NCBI GenBank assembly: GCA_963703285.1
Contig: OY969807.1
Location: forward strand, 1,472,001 to 1,536,000
Direction: 5' to 3'
Length of the DNA stretch: 64,000 nucleotides
Source: an uncultured Nitrososphaerota archaeon
GTDB lineage: Archaea > Thermoproteota > Nitrososphaeria > Nitrososphaerales > Gagatemarchaeaceae
The notes below the pieces were generated by a model. That model did no database searches. It saw nothing but the letters and a program-made list of their open reading frames with translations, and was not told where the DNA came from. Positions 49,532 through 58,783 of this stretch are shown in pieces. The position numbers were made by a program, and so were the translations under genes. How positions within the stretch are numbered: position 1 is the stretch's first letter; every line of letters begins with the position of its first letter.

Positions 49532-49942
49532 TCAGGCTCCGAGCCAGACCGTCTCGGCTAGGGCCTTGAAGTGCTCGTCGCCGGTAAGGACCTTCGCCCC
49601 GTTCGTCCTCGCCGACGCAAGGACGATTCCGTCAAAGAGACTTGGTTTACTCAGCCTTGCAGACGATGCCCTTCGATCAAGCTGGATGACCGCCTTGGCC
49701 GCCTCCAGAGCCAAACCTGCATCAATGCCGACGACCTCTGAAGTCCCAAGAATCGTGGCCAGCCGTTTCCGGATGGTCGACCCCGCGGCGCCTTCTCGGG
49801 CATACTTCCTCGCCACCTCAGCAAGAACCGTACCGGGCGTCAGCACATTGTCGGCCTCTTCGATGGTCCTCTTGGCCCGCCGTCCCGCCTCGCTGCCTAG
49901 GAAAATCTCCACCCAGGCGTGGGCATCAACTACGATCTTCGT
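49532..49942 (-). CDS. vapC: PIN-domain toxin (VapC family)
   Basis: KIVVDAHAW.E, VLAEV, SLFD..VLASA, VLTGDEHF; start uncertain (ACG 49942 or GTG 49978). Confidence 0.9.
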   Translation of the reverse strand, partial: TKIVVDAHAWVEIFLGSEAGRRAKRTIEEADNVLTPGTVLAEVARKYAREGAAGSTIRKRLATILGTSEVVGIDAGLALEAAKAVIQLDRRASSARLSKPSLFDGIVLASARTNGAKVLTGDEHFKALAETVWLGA

Positions 49943-50132
49943 CGCGATCTTCCTCGGTGAAGTGCGCCACCTTCCCACTGTCAGCGCCGAACGCCTCGTC
50001 GAGCAGCTCCCTGCGATGCCTCACGACCAGCATCCGTATGGTTTCCTCAATGGTCTTGGCGTGGATGCTCTTCTGCAGCGCTGCGAGCTCCCGGGCTGTG
50101 TCCTTTGAGACCTTCACAGTGGTAGCGTCCAT
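49926..50132 (-). CDS. vapB: Antitoxin (VapB family)
   Basis: TTVKVSKDT RHH-like start, FG..FTEEDR tail, overlaps the PIN gene. Confidence 0.85.
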   Translation of the reverse strand: MDATTVKVSKDTARELAALQKSIHAKTIEETIRMLVVRHRRELLDEAFGADSGKVAHFTEEDRDEDRS

Positions 50133-50324
50133 GTTCGAGTATACAGTATACTGGTATATTTAAGCGCCCCCTCGGGCTCTCGGACCGCTCCAGGCGCAAG
50201 GGTCGTGCATCCCAAGTTCATGTCCTGGAAGACCTTTTACACCCCGTCGGTCGGTTAGACAAGATGGACTCTCGAGCAGTTGGAAGACGTGCAGGTTACG
50301 CCAAGTCACATCGGAGGCCTGACC

Positions 50325-50744
50325 ATGAGTAGATTCGGCGACTTCAACTCGCATACGATCGCCGAGTTCCGCAAGAACCACGGAAAGGTCGGCGGCAACT
50401 TCGAGGGGGCGCCTCTGCTGTTGCTCCACACCGTCGGGAAGCGCAGCGGCAACCCCCTCGTCACCCCGATGATGTACCTCAAGGACGGAGATCGCTACCT
50501 GGTGTTCGCGTCGAAGGGAGGCTACGACCACCACCCGCACTGGTACCTCAACCTCAAGGCCCACCCCGATGTCAAGGTCGAAATCGGGGATGAGACTCTC
50601 GACATGCACGCCGAGGAGATCACGGGCCGCGAGCACGACACCCTCTACAAGCGGCAGGCCACGCTCTACCCCGCATTCGCCGACTACCAGCGCAAGACGA
50701 AGAGGGTCATCCCGGTCGTCGCCCTCACCAGACGAAAGAAGTGA
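50325..50744 (+). CDS. Deazaflavin (F420H2)-dependent nitroreductase family protein
   Basis: LLLLHTVGKRSG, FASKGG..HP.WYLNLKA.P, YQ..T.RVIPV. Confidence 0.93.
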   Translation: MSRFGDFNSHTIAEFRKNHGKVGGNFEGAPLLLLHTVGKRSGNPLVTPMMYLKDGDRYLVFASKGGYDHHPHWYLNLKAHPDVKVEIGDETLDMHAEEITGREHDTLYKRQATLYPAFADYQRKTKRVIPVVALTRRKK

Positions 50745-50819
50745 CCTCTACGGGGCCGCTGGTCTCTCGAAGGCCAGCCCCCGCAACGGCTTTATCGTGC
50801 GCTCCTCAACAGTGAGACG

Positions 50820-50909
50820 TTGCCAGCCGCAAAGAAACGCGCGAAGAAGCCGCAGAAGAAAGCGAAGGGTAGCGGGAAGAAGTACGGGATCCTCATAAAC
50901 GAAAAGTGA
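50820..50909 (+). CDS. 29-aa lysine-rich microprotein (not in ORF track)
   Basis: TTG..TGA, MPAAKKRAKKPQKKAKGSGKKYGILINEK; TTTATC box 29 nt upstream. Confidence 0.55.
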   Translation: MPAAKKRAKKPQKKAKGSGKKYGILINEK

Positions 50910-50975
50910 GAGTGCAACCTACTCAGACGCGCGGTGCATCGTCCCCCTGAGGGTTATCCCACTGCACCGGCAGGA

Positions 50976-51155
50976 CTAGGTTGACTTGGGCCGGGAACCA
51001 ATCTCGACCATCTGGAACTGGCACTGGTACCTCTTTCCGTTGATGTCCAGCTTCTGGGTGGCCCAGTAGCCGATGGATCCGGTGCTGAACTTCTTCTCGG
51101 GGAGGCCTATGTCGGCAATCTTCTGAGAGCCTTCGTAGAGTTCGATTCTTGGCAT
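50976..51155 (-). CDS. 59-aa hypothetical protein (not in ORF track)
   Basis: MPRIELYEG..EKKFSTGSIGYWATQKLDINGKRYQCQFQMVEIGS; TTAAC box about 26 nt upstream. Confidence 0.8.
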   Translation of the reverse strand: MPRIELYEGSQKIADIGLPEKKFSTGSIGYWATQKLDINGKRYQCQFQMVEIGSRPKST

Positions 51156-51181
51156 GACGTCTAATGTGCCGTCGGGGATAG

Positions 51182-51412
51182 TTAAGGCTGTCCCGAGATT
51201 ATCTCGAGAATCTTGTCTCTCGATTTTGCCCCCTTCACGATGAGGACTCTCGACCTCGGAACTCTGAAGTGCTCGGATAGAATCTCCAGGAGCCTCCTGT
51301 TCGCTCGGCCGCCCGTCGCCCTTTCGTCCACCTTCACTTCGTAGCTCGCCTCATCCAACTTGACAACGCGAGGTTCCTTGGCGTTCGGGGTCACGTGGAC
51401 CTTGATTAGCAC
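51182..51412 (-). CDS. DUF167 (UPF0235/YggU) family protein
   Basis: VHVTPNA, GRAN..L, I.KG.KSRDK. Confidence 0.92.
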   Translation of the reverse strand: MLIKVHVTPNAKEPRVVKLDEASYEVKVDERATGGRANRRLLEILSEHFRVPRSRVLIVKGAKSRDKILEIISGQP

Positions 51413-51499
51413 GTTGATGCCACCGAAGCCGGACTCGTGTAAGCGTTGCGGACCTGCGAGCTGATGGGATCCGTGCCGCCGGATGGAGACCTCGCGAGT

Positions 51500-51770
51500 C
51501 TAGATGTCGTTCCGGTCGTAGCCGATCAATCGGATTCCGTCTGGTTGGACGTCCAGGTTCACCTGCCACCTCCGAACGCCGCTCTCCGCAGCCCGTCTTG
51601 ATGCGTCCAGAATCCTCGCGTTGTAGCGGTCCCTCGGCGGAGGCTTGAAGGGCGCAGCGTGGCAGAGATAGCACATCGCGATGACGGCCTTCTTCCCGCC
51701 TTTCAGCGCCGTCGAAAGCTCGGTCGTGTGCCTGATGAGCCGGTCGAAGGAGTCGAAGCGCGAGTGGCCG
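51500..51770 (-). pseudogene. 3' fragment of an SfsA-like nuclease
   Basis: RLIRHTTELSTAL.GGKKAVIAMCY..PF.PP..A...GV..WQVNL; no 5' half. Confidence 0.5.
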
Positions 51771-52108
51771 ACCAGATCCTGCTGCTGGATTCGATTTCCG
51801 AGAAGGCTCTGCGCAAGGACGGCGTCTCTTTGAGGGTCGTGATACCCGGGGACGTCGTGAAGGACGACGCGTACGCCGGACTCGTGAAGGACTTCAAGGG
51901 AGAGGTGGAACTCGGATTGGTCGAGAGCGTGCACGTAGGGATGGCGCTGAAAGAGGTCCTGGCGGGGGTCATCTTTCCCGACGACACCGGCAGAGTGGAC
52001 TTCAACGCAGGGTTCCGGAGCCGGAAGCCAGAGTTTCATAGGTGGTGTGCTGACCTCTTCTCGTTCCACTGGGAGCGAGCCAGAAAGGTCCACCTGAGCA
52101 GCCGCTAG
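51765..52108 (+). pseudogene. 3' fragment of an archaeal HTH regulator (FilR1/DUF1724-like C-terminal domain)
   Basis: VADQIL...AGVIFPD..GRVDF..GF....EFHRWCADLFSFHWE; no HTH half. Confidence 0.55.
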
Positions 52109-52228
52109 GGCCCGGCAGCTCCCTGAATCAGTTTCGGCGCCTGCCATGGTGCTTGTTGCACCTTTGACGTCACTTCCGCGCGGCTTGGACGGCGAAAGCT
52201 TAAGTGAACACGTAAAGGAGTGGAGTTC

Positions 52229-52330
52229 ATGTCGCTCGATATCGCGGAGTTGGACGATGACGAGTATGAAACTGACTACGACGCCGAAGGATTGGAAGAA
52301 GAAGTAGACTCCGACGACGACGATATCTGA
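52229..52330 (+). CDS. 33-aa highly acidic microprotein (not in ORF track)
   Basis: MSLDIAELDDDEYETDYDAEGLEEEVDSDDDDI; AAGGAG and CTTAAG upstream. Confidence 0.6.
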   Translation: MSLDIAELDDDEYETDYDAEGLEEEVDSDDDDI

Positions 52331-52431
52331 AACGCGACAGCACTGAAACGGCCACCTCGCCTTCGCAAGGACGGGGTGCTGGTCGATTGGTTTAAGCTCG
52401 GGTGCGCCCGCCGGATTCCTGTGCTTGTGCA

Positions 52432-53259
52432 TTGACTCTCACGATAAAGTCGACCTGCAAGCTCAATTCGGGGGTGGAGATGCCCCTGCTCGGACTCGGA
52501 GTCTACCAGACATCCCCCGGGAGGGCGACGGAGGAGGCCGTGAAGACGGCCCTGAGGGTGGGGTACAGACACATTGACACGGCAAGTCTCTACGGGAACG
52601 AGGAGAGCGTCGGAGTCGCCGTGAGGGAGAGCGGCTTGCCTCGCGAGCAGGTCTTCGTCACAACAAAGCTGTGGAACAGCGACCATGGCTACGACTCCGC
52701 CCTGCGAGCGTGCGACAGGAGCCTGCGCCGGCTAGGGCTGGGCTACATCGACCTCTACCTGATCCACTGGCCCGTGTCTGAGCTCAGGGACGACTCCTGG
52801 AGGGCGCTCATAGAACTGCAGCGGCGCGGTTCGTGCCGCGCAATAGGCGTGAGTAACTACACAATCAGGCACCTCGGCGAACTCCTCGAGGGCTCGAAGG
52901 TGGTCCCCGACGTCGACCAGGTCGAGTTCAACCCTTTCCTCTATCAGGAGAAGCTCCTGCGGTTCTGCCAGGACGCGAGAATACAGCTCGAAGCCTACAG
53001 CCCTCTGACCAGGGGGCACCGGCTCAGCCACCCTACGGTGGTCGAGTTAGCTCGAAGGTACTCCAAGACCGCGGCTCAGATCATGATTAGATGGAGCCTG
53101 CAGCACGGCCTCGTGGTCATCCCGAAATCGGCTCAGCCCGAGAGGATAAAGGAGAACCCCGAGGTCTTCGATTTTGAAATCTCGGCCGCAGACATGGCTA
53201 GGCTCGACTCGATCGGCGAGAACCTGCACATGGACTGGGACCCGACCGACGCGATTTGA
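52432..53259 (+). CDS. Aldo/keto reductase
   Basis: GYRHIDTASLYGNE, TTKLWN, DLYLIHWP, IGVSNY, IPKS. Confidence 0.96.
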   Translation: MTLTIKSTCKLNSGVEMPLLGLGVYQTSPGRATEEAVKTALRVGYRHIDTASLYGNEESVGVAVRESGLPREQVFVTTKLWNSDHGYDSALRACDRSLRRLGLGYIDLYLIHWPVSELRDDSWRALIELQRRGSCRAIGVSNYTIRHLGELLEGSKVVPDVDQVEFNPFLYQEKLLRFCQDARIQLEAYSPLTRGHRLSHPTVVELARRYSKTAAQIMIRWSLQHGLVVIPKSAQPERIKENPEVFDFEISAADMARLDSIGENLHMDWDPTDAI

Positions 53260-53271
53260 CACCGTGAGATC

Positions 53272-54102
53272 ATGTCACCGACCCAGAGCAAGGTCGCCGT
53301 CGTGACAGGAGCCTCACGGGGCGGCGGGAAGGCCATCGCAATCGAGCTGGGCACCGGCGGTTGGACGGTCTACGTGACCGGCCGAAGCACGCGGGGAGGG
53401 ACCACCACGGAGAATCTCCCTACGACCGTCGAGGAGACGGCGGAGGCCGTGACGAGCGCAGGAGGCCACGGCATCGCGGCAAGATGCGACCATTCGAAGG
53501 TGGCTGAAATCGACGGCCTGGTCGCTGGTCTCGAGAAGGAACGGGGCCGCATCGACCTTCTGGTGAACAACGCCTGGGGCGGATACGAGCAGCACGACCC
53601 CATTGAGTTCGTCCGACCGTTCTGGGAACAGCCTGTTCGACACTGGGACGGCATGTTCGAGCGGGGCGTCCGAGCGACTCTCCTCACTTCAGCCGGATTC
53701 GGGCCGCTCTTCGTGAAGCAGCGGCATGGGCTCATCGTGAATACGGTCGCCTGGCTCCACGAGCGGTATCTGGGCAACATATACTACGACACGGCCAAGG
53801 CCGCGACGATAAGGTGCACCTTCGGTATGGCCCAGGAGTTGAGGCCCTACGGCGTCACCGTTGTCGCCCTGGCGCCCGGGTTCATGAGGACGGAGAGGGT
53901 GCTCCTTGCGCACTCGAAGCAGCCCTTCGACCTGAGCTCGACAGAGTCGCCCTCGTATCTCGGCCGTGCCGTGAGGGCAATCGAGGGGGATCCGAGCATT
54001 GGGGACAGTTCTGGTCAGCTGCTGTACGTCGGCGACCTCGCCAGGAGATACGGGTTTGTCGATGAGGACGGTCGGCAGCCGCCTCCTTTTGGTCCAGGCT
54101 AG
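53272..54102 (+). CDS. SDR family oxidoreductase (DHRS1-like)
   Basis: TGASRGGG, LVNNA, YDTAK. Confidence 0.93.
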   Translation: MSPTQSKVAVVTGASRGGGKAIAIELGTGGWTVYVTGRSTRGGTTTENLPTTVEETAEAVTSAGGHGIAARCDHSKVAEIDGLVAGLEKERGRIDLLVNNAWGGYEQHDPIEFVRPFWEQPVRHWDGMFERGVRATLLTSAGFGPLFVKQRHGLIVNTVAWLHERYLGNIYYDTAKAATIRCTFGMAQELRPYGVTVVALAPGFMRTERVLLAHSKQPFDLSSTESPSYLGRAVRAIEGDPSIGDSSGQLLYVGDLARRYGFVDEDGRQPPPFGPG

Positions 54103-54216
54103 AACCTTCGGATGTCAGCGCCAAGTGACTAGCTCTGGTGCGGGCTCGGGCTCATCACTCCTCTGCCAAGGGGAAGATTCCTCTAAATCGCGTGCAGGGA
54201 GAATGCGAACGACCGT

Positions 54217-55107
54217 CTAGCGATAATCGGCTTCTGCGCACTTCGCCAGTTCCAAGGCACCGACGACCCCCGACCTGTCGCCGAAACCGGGTTCCACGAT
54301 GAACTCGTCGATGTGATGTGTAATCGATTCGCTCTGGACGTAGTTGTTGAGCATCTCGACCACCTGCCGGCGTATAAGGGGAAACAGCTTCTTCTGGTTC
54401 ATCATCACCCCGCCGCCGCATATGATGCGCTGAGGGGAAATCGTGTAGACTATCGTGCAGATCGCCCGGGCAAGGTAGTACGCTTCAAGTTCCCATGCCT
54501 CGTGGTCGGGAGGGAGAGTACTGGGTGGCTTTCTCCAGCGGGCCTCGATTGCTGGACCGCATGCCAACCCCTCCAGGCAATCGCCGTGGAAGGTACAGCA
54601 TCCGCTATAGGCGTCACGAGGATGGCGAGGGATTGGCAGGTGCCCCATCTCGGGATGTGCCAGACCGTGCACCGCCTCGCCGTTGATCACTGCGCCTCCG
54701 CCGATTCCCGTCCCGACTGTCATGTAGACGACGTTCTTCAGCCCCCGCGCCGCGCCATAGAGCATCTCACCCAGTGCCGAAGCGTTCACGTCGGTATCGA
54801 AGCCGGTCGGAACTCCAAAGGTCCGCTCGAAGAGACCAGCAAAGTCAGTGTGTTTCCAGCCGTCCTTGGGCGTATCGGTGACGTAACCATAGGTCGGCGA
54901 TTCGCGCCGCAGGTCGATTGGACCAAAGGTTGCAATGCCGAGGGCTCTCAAATCTTGCTCCTTGAAGAAGCCGATTACCTTCCCCAAGGTCTCCTCCGGC
55001 GCAGTGGTGGGCACCGTGAGCTTCGCAACCGGTCGGTCGTTCGGTCTCTCTGCGACGACGCAGGTGAACTTGGTTCCGCCAGCCTCGATTCCCCCGTACA
55101 ACTTCAT
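54217..55107 (-). CDS. ROK family kinase (fructokinase-like)
   Basis: GGIEAGGTK, FGPID, DTDVN, TVGTGIG, HPEMGH, C.FHGDCLEG. Confidence 0.95.
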   Translation of the reverse strand: MKLYGGIEAGGTKFTCVVAERPNDRPVAKLTVPTTAPEETLGKVIGFFKEQDLRALGIATFGPIDLRRESPTYGYVTDTPKDGWKHTDFAGLFERTFGVPTGFDTDVNASALGEMLYGAARGLKNVVYMTVGTGIGGGAVINGEAVHGLAHPEMGHLPIPRHPRDAYSGCCTFHGDCLEGLACGPAIEARWRKPPSTLPPDHEAWELEAYYLARAICTIVYTISPQRIICGGGVMMNQKKLFPLIRRQVVEMLNNYVQSESITHHIDEFIVEPGFGDRSGVVGALELAKCAEADYR

Positions 55108-55330
55108 GATCTCGCCCTTTCGGAGAATGAGCGCCTGGCGAAATATATCTTACACCTCCATAGAAGGGCCGCGGCCTTCATCCACTCGCGATGCACGAAG
55201 AGCGTCTTCGGCAGCGTCGACTAGTGGTCGGATGTCCAACGTCCGCCTTCGGTACGCTACCCTCTCGAGAGCAGGGTCATGTGTGCACAGCAGAGTTAAG
55301 AGGCTGATTGTCGGGTGTGTCCCCAGTCGG

Positions 55331-56110
55331 TTGGCGCTCGAACCCAAGGATTCCAAGGGGAGACTGTATCACATCAGGTTGGGAAGGAGGGATGTGGGGA
55401 GGGTCGCCCTTCTTCCCGGAGACCCTGGAAGGGTCCCCCGGATAGCGAAGCGCTTCAGGGATGCGAAACCGATTGCCTCGCACCGAGAATACACCACTTT
55501 CGGAGGCTACATCAATGATGAATACGTGATCGCGATGTCGACGGGAATCGGGGGTCCGGCGACCGCCATAGCGGTTGAGGAGCTCGCGAGGCTCGGCGTT
55601 CAGCTCATGATAAGGGTGGGGACGTGCGGGGGCATCAGCCCGGAAGCGAAGGTCGGCTCGCTGATAATCGCCGATGCCGCGGTGAGGCTGGACGGCACGA
55701 CCAGACAGTACGTCATGGACGGATTTCCGGCCGCGGCCACCCCCGAGGTCGTGATCGCGCTCAAGGAGTCGGCGTCCGGGTTAAAGAAGAGCTTCCTTTT
55801 AGGTAAAGCCGCCTCGACAGATTCCTTCTACGCCGGGCAGGGGAGGCCCAGTTACGGAGGATATTTCCCCAGCCGGGCGAGGGGGCTCGTCTCCGACCTC
55901 AGGACAGCGAACGTCCTGTGCTTCGAGATGGAGTCTTCGACGCTGTTCACCCTCGGCAGGCTCTTCGGAGTGAGGACCGGCGCCGTCTTTGCCGTCCTCG
56001 GGAACAGGATGACGAACGAGTTCAGGGCAGAGGCGGGCATCGATGACGCGATCGACGTGGCGGTGGATGCGGTGCGCCGATTGAGGAAGGCGTCTCCGCT
56101 GCGGGGCTGA
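55331..56110 (+). CDS. udp: Uridine phosphorylase / nucleoside phosphorylase
   Basis: YHI, LPGDPGRV, HREY, STGIGGP, RVGTCG, FEMES. Confidence 0.9.
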   Translation: MALEPKDSKGRLYHIRLGRRDVGRVALLPGDPGRVPRIAKRFRDAKPIASHREYTTFGGYINDEYVIAMSTGIGGPATAIAVEELARLGVQLMIRVGTCGGISPEAKVGSLIIADAAVRLDGTTRQYVMDGFPAAATPEVVIALKESASGLKKSFLLGKAASTDSFYAGQGRPSYGGYFPSRARGLVSDLRTANVLCFEMESSTLFTLGRLFGVRTGAVFAVLGNRMTNEFRAEAGIDDAIDVAVDAVRRLRKASPLRG

Positions 56111-56123
56111 GGGCGCCCTCCGG

Positions 56124-57071
56124 CTACACGATCAACATCATCGCCCTTCCTCCGACGTTGAAGGGAACCACGTGAGCCGCGTTTTCCTTTGATTTGAATG
56201 ACGTCAAAGTGGTCCAGCCGAGGCAGTCGCCCCTGATGCGATTCAGGGTCGCCTCTCCCGTCTTCTGATACGTGATGAAGTGTGGGCCTTCGATCAGGTC
56301 CAGCGAGCGCACGATGTCAAGGCGCTCCGCCGCCTGAAGATCGAGATGCGACCCGACCGGGACCGTCCCGGAGAGGTCGTCGAGGACGTGGTCGATGTTC
56401 ACGTTGGGCTTCAGGACGTTCGTCTTCAGGAAGAAATTCTCGCCTCCAAACTGGAAGAACGCGAACCTCGTCCATCCCTTCGCCCAGTAGTGCGACCAGA
56501 CAGGGCTCAACGAAAGCGGGGGGACTCCGGCGGCCGACGACGTCGTGCGCACGGAGAGCCTGAATATGGCGACGTGGCCGTCGTCGAAGCTGTATCCGAG
56601 GATGCCCAGCTGGCCGAAGGCGACGAAGGCCTTCAGCGTCGTGAACCCGGGCGTCGCGCCCGGCTCGCGGTCGCGGGAGTATCGGTACGGCTTGGATAAC
56701 GAGAAGCCGTCCGTCAGAGCGAGGAACTGGAACGCCCCGGCCCTCGAGTCGTAGCACATCAGATGATGCTGGTTGCCCATGACGAACGGCTCGATGATGT
56801 CAAACCCCGAGTCAATCCTGGTGGCGAGGGATGGCTTGGTGAGCCAGGGCGCGGAGTCGAGGAGCTGGAAGACATCGAGTCCGCCGCTGGCCCCGTCATA
56901 GGCGAGGAGGTGCGTCCTCTCGCCCACGACCATCGGGAACAGGCAGGAATACCCGGCGGCCAGGTCCTCGGTTGAGCCGAGCGTCTCAACGCCTGTGACG
57001 TTAGACCGGTCGTCCGTGCGAATGAGATAGATCGATGCCGAACCGCTTCGGAAAGAGTTCAAGGCCGTCAC
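56124..57071 (-). CDS. Hypothetical beta-repeat (propeller-like) protein
   Basis: About 50-aa repeats such as HLLAYD..SG, HLMCYD..AG, ILGYS..DG, FITYQKTG. Confidence 0.75.
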   Translation of the reverse strand: MTALNSFRSGSASIYLIRTDDRSNVTGVETLGSTEDLAAGYSCLFPMVVGERTHLLAYDGASGGLDVFQLLDSAPWLTKPSLATRIDSGFDIIEPFVMGNQHHLMCYDSRAGAFQFLALTDGFSLSKPYRYSRDREPGATPGFTTLKAFVAFGQLGILGYSFDDGHVAIFRLSVRTTSSAAGVPPLSLSPVWSHYWAKGWTRFAFFQFGGENFFLKTNVLKPNVNIDHVLDDLSGTVPVGSHLDLQAAERLDIVRSLDLIEGPHFITYQKTGEATLNRIRGDCLGWTTLTSFKSKENAAHVVPFNVGGRAMMLIV

Positions 57072-57207
57072 TGTCTCTTCTTCGATTCCAAAAATAGCTT
57101 CCCCTTCTTTGAATCCTGGTTACGCCCTCGGTCGAGTCGCTTGGACAAGGGCAGCCACAGTTCTGGTAGGCAGGATTAGATTCGGGAGGGCGTTTGCAGC
57201 AGGAAAG

Positions 57208-57576
57208 TCAAAGCTCGCCCGTCGGAATGAACTTCAAAGATATGGAGTTCGCGCAGTGTCGTGTGTTCTTTGCGGTGAACCCCTCTCCCAGAAAGACGTG
57301 GCCTAGGTGTGCGCCGCAATTGGCGCACTGAATTTCCGTCCGCTCTCTGTCAGGATCGGGGACCCTCTTGACAGAGCCTGGTATCTCGTCATCGAAGGCC
57401 GGCCATCCGCACCTGGCGTCGAACTTGTCGTCCGACCGGTAGAGGGGCGTCCCGCACCTCCTGCAGACGTACGTCCCCTTGCTGAAGTTTCTCTCGTACT
57501 CGCCTGAGAAGGGCGCCTCCGTCCCCTTGTGAACAATGACCTCTTCCTCCTCCGGTGTAAGCTCGTCCACCTTCAA
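57208..57576 (-). CDS. msrB: Peptide methionine-(R)-sulfoxide reductase
   Basis: GTEAPFSG, CGWPAF, RTEI.C..C.AHLGHVF, RHCANS. Confidence 0.96.
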   Translation of the reverse strand: MKVDELTPEEEEVIVHKGTEAPFSGEYERNFSKGTYVCRRCGTPLYRSDDKFDARCGWPAFDDEIPGSVKRVPDPDRERTEIQCANCGAHLGHVFLGEGFTAKNTRHCANSISLKFIPTGEL

Positions 57577-57805
57577 TTGAATCGCTGCGCTAGATACAGC
57601 GGACCCCCGAGTATTAAGTGCACCTCGCTCTGTGAGTATGCCGAAGGAAGAACCTGGGTATGCCTGGTAGATGACAGGTTCGTTGTGCCTCCGCCTGGCA
57701 GCTTCATTCGCTTCAGAAGCCCGCGGCCACCCCTAAACCCGGACCCGCTCAAACAATCTCACCTTGCGCACAAGTCAATTATACTGATGGTAGGCTGGCA
57801 AACCC

Positions 57806-58783
57806 ATGGCGAATGCTTCGCTAGGACCAGGCCCCAAGAGCGATACCGAAGATGGGAAGGTCGCTTCCATCACCAGCGGAGGGGTAACCTGGATGGACGT
57901 TCCAGACCCTACCCCCGCCGCAATGGCAACACTCGCGCGCGACTACCATTTTCACCCTTTGGACGTGGACGCGTGTCTTTCCACGGTGCATCTGACGAAG
58001 CTCGAAGACCACGGAGAATATTTCTTCATCACGCTGCAGATCCCGGACCAGGTTGGCCAGGGAATCATCAGTTCCAACCAGGTCGCGATGTTCCTGGGGA
58101 AGGACTATCTCGTGACAGTCCATCCGTCCGACCTCAAGACGATCTCGGCGCTCTTCCAGTCATGCGCCAGTGACGCGAATGAACGAAGCGCGATGATGAA
58201 GTCCTCGGCCTACCTGGCGTGTCGGATTATCGACAGGATGACCGACGGCATCTTCTCGATCTTGGAGAACGTGCAGGCGAGCCTTGACAGCATCGAGGCG
58301 GTGGTGTTCGATGAGAAGAAATCTTCGGCCCGCGCCATAAATTCCGCGCGTCGTCAAATAGCCGTCCTCAGTAGGATCGTCTACCCGTTGGGGCTGTACA
58401 TTACCGACCTGTCCAAGGCGCAGAAGTTCAGCAGTGAAGACCTTGCGATCTACTTCAGCGACATCCGCCACAAAGTCGGGAAGGTCTCGGCGACAATCGC
58501 GGAGATGAAGGACATGGTTGGGATATACAACGACACCGACTTCAGCATAACCAGCAACCGGACAAACGCCGTCCTCTCGATCTTGACAATCATCTTCACC
58601 CTCACACTCCCCGCAGCCCTGATAGCTGGCGTGTACGGAATGAACGTGCCTATTCCTGGCGCCCTGACGCCGGGACCTTGGAAATTCCTCGGAGCCTACA
58701 CCTCTGTGATAATCATCCTCGTGGCGATGCTCGTCCCGACCATCATGATGGCATTCTACTTCAAGCACCGCGGCTGGTTCTAG
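57806..58783 (+). CDS. corA: CorA family Mg2+/Co2+ transporter
   Basis: FHPLD, YLVTVH, YGMN motif between two C-terminal TM helices. Confidence 0.93.
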   Translation: MANASLGPGPKSDTEDGKVASITSGGVTWMDVPDPTPAAMATLARDYHFHPLDVDACLSTVHLTKLEDHGEYFFITLQIPDQVGQGIISSNQVAMFLGKDYLVTVHPSDLKTISALFQSCASDANERSAMMKSSAYLACRIIDRMTDGIFSILENVQASLDSIEAVVFDEKKSSARAINSARRQIAVLSRIVYPLGLYITDLSKAQKFSSEDLAIYFSDIRHKVGKVSATIAEMKDMVGIYNDTDFSITSNRTNAVLSILTIIFTLTLPAALIAGVYGMNVPIPGALTPGPWKFLGAYTSVIIILVAMLVPTIMMAFYFKHRGWF

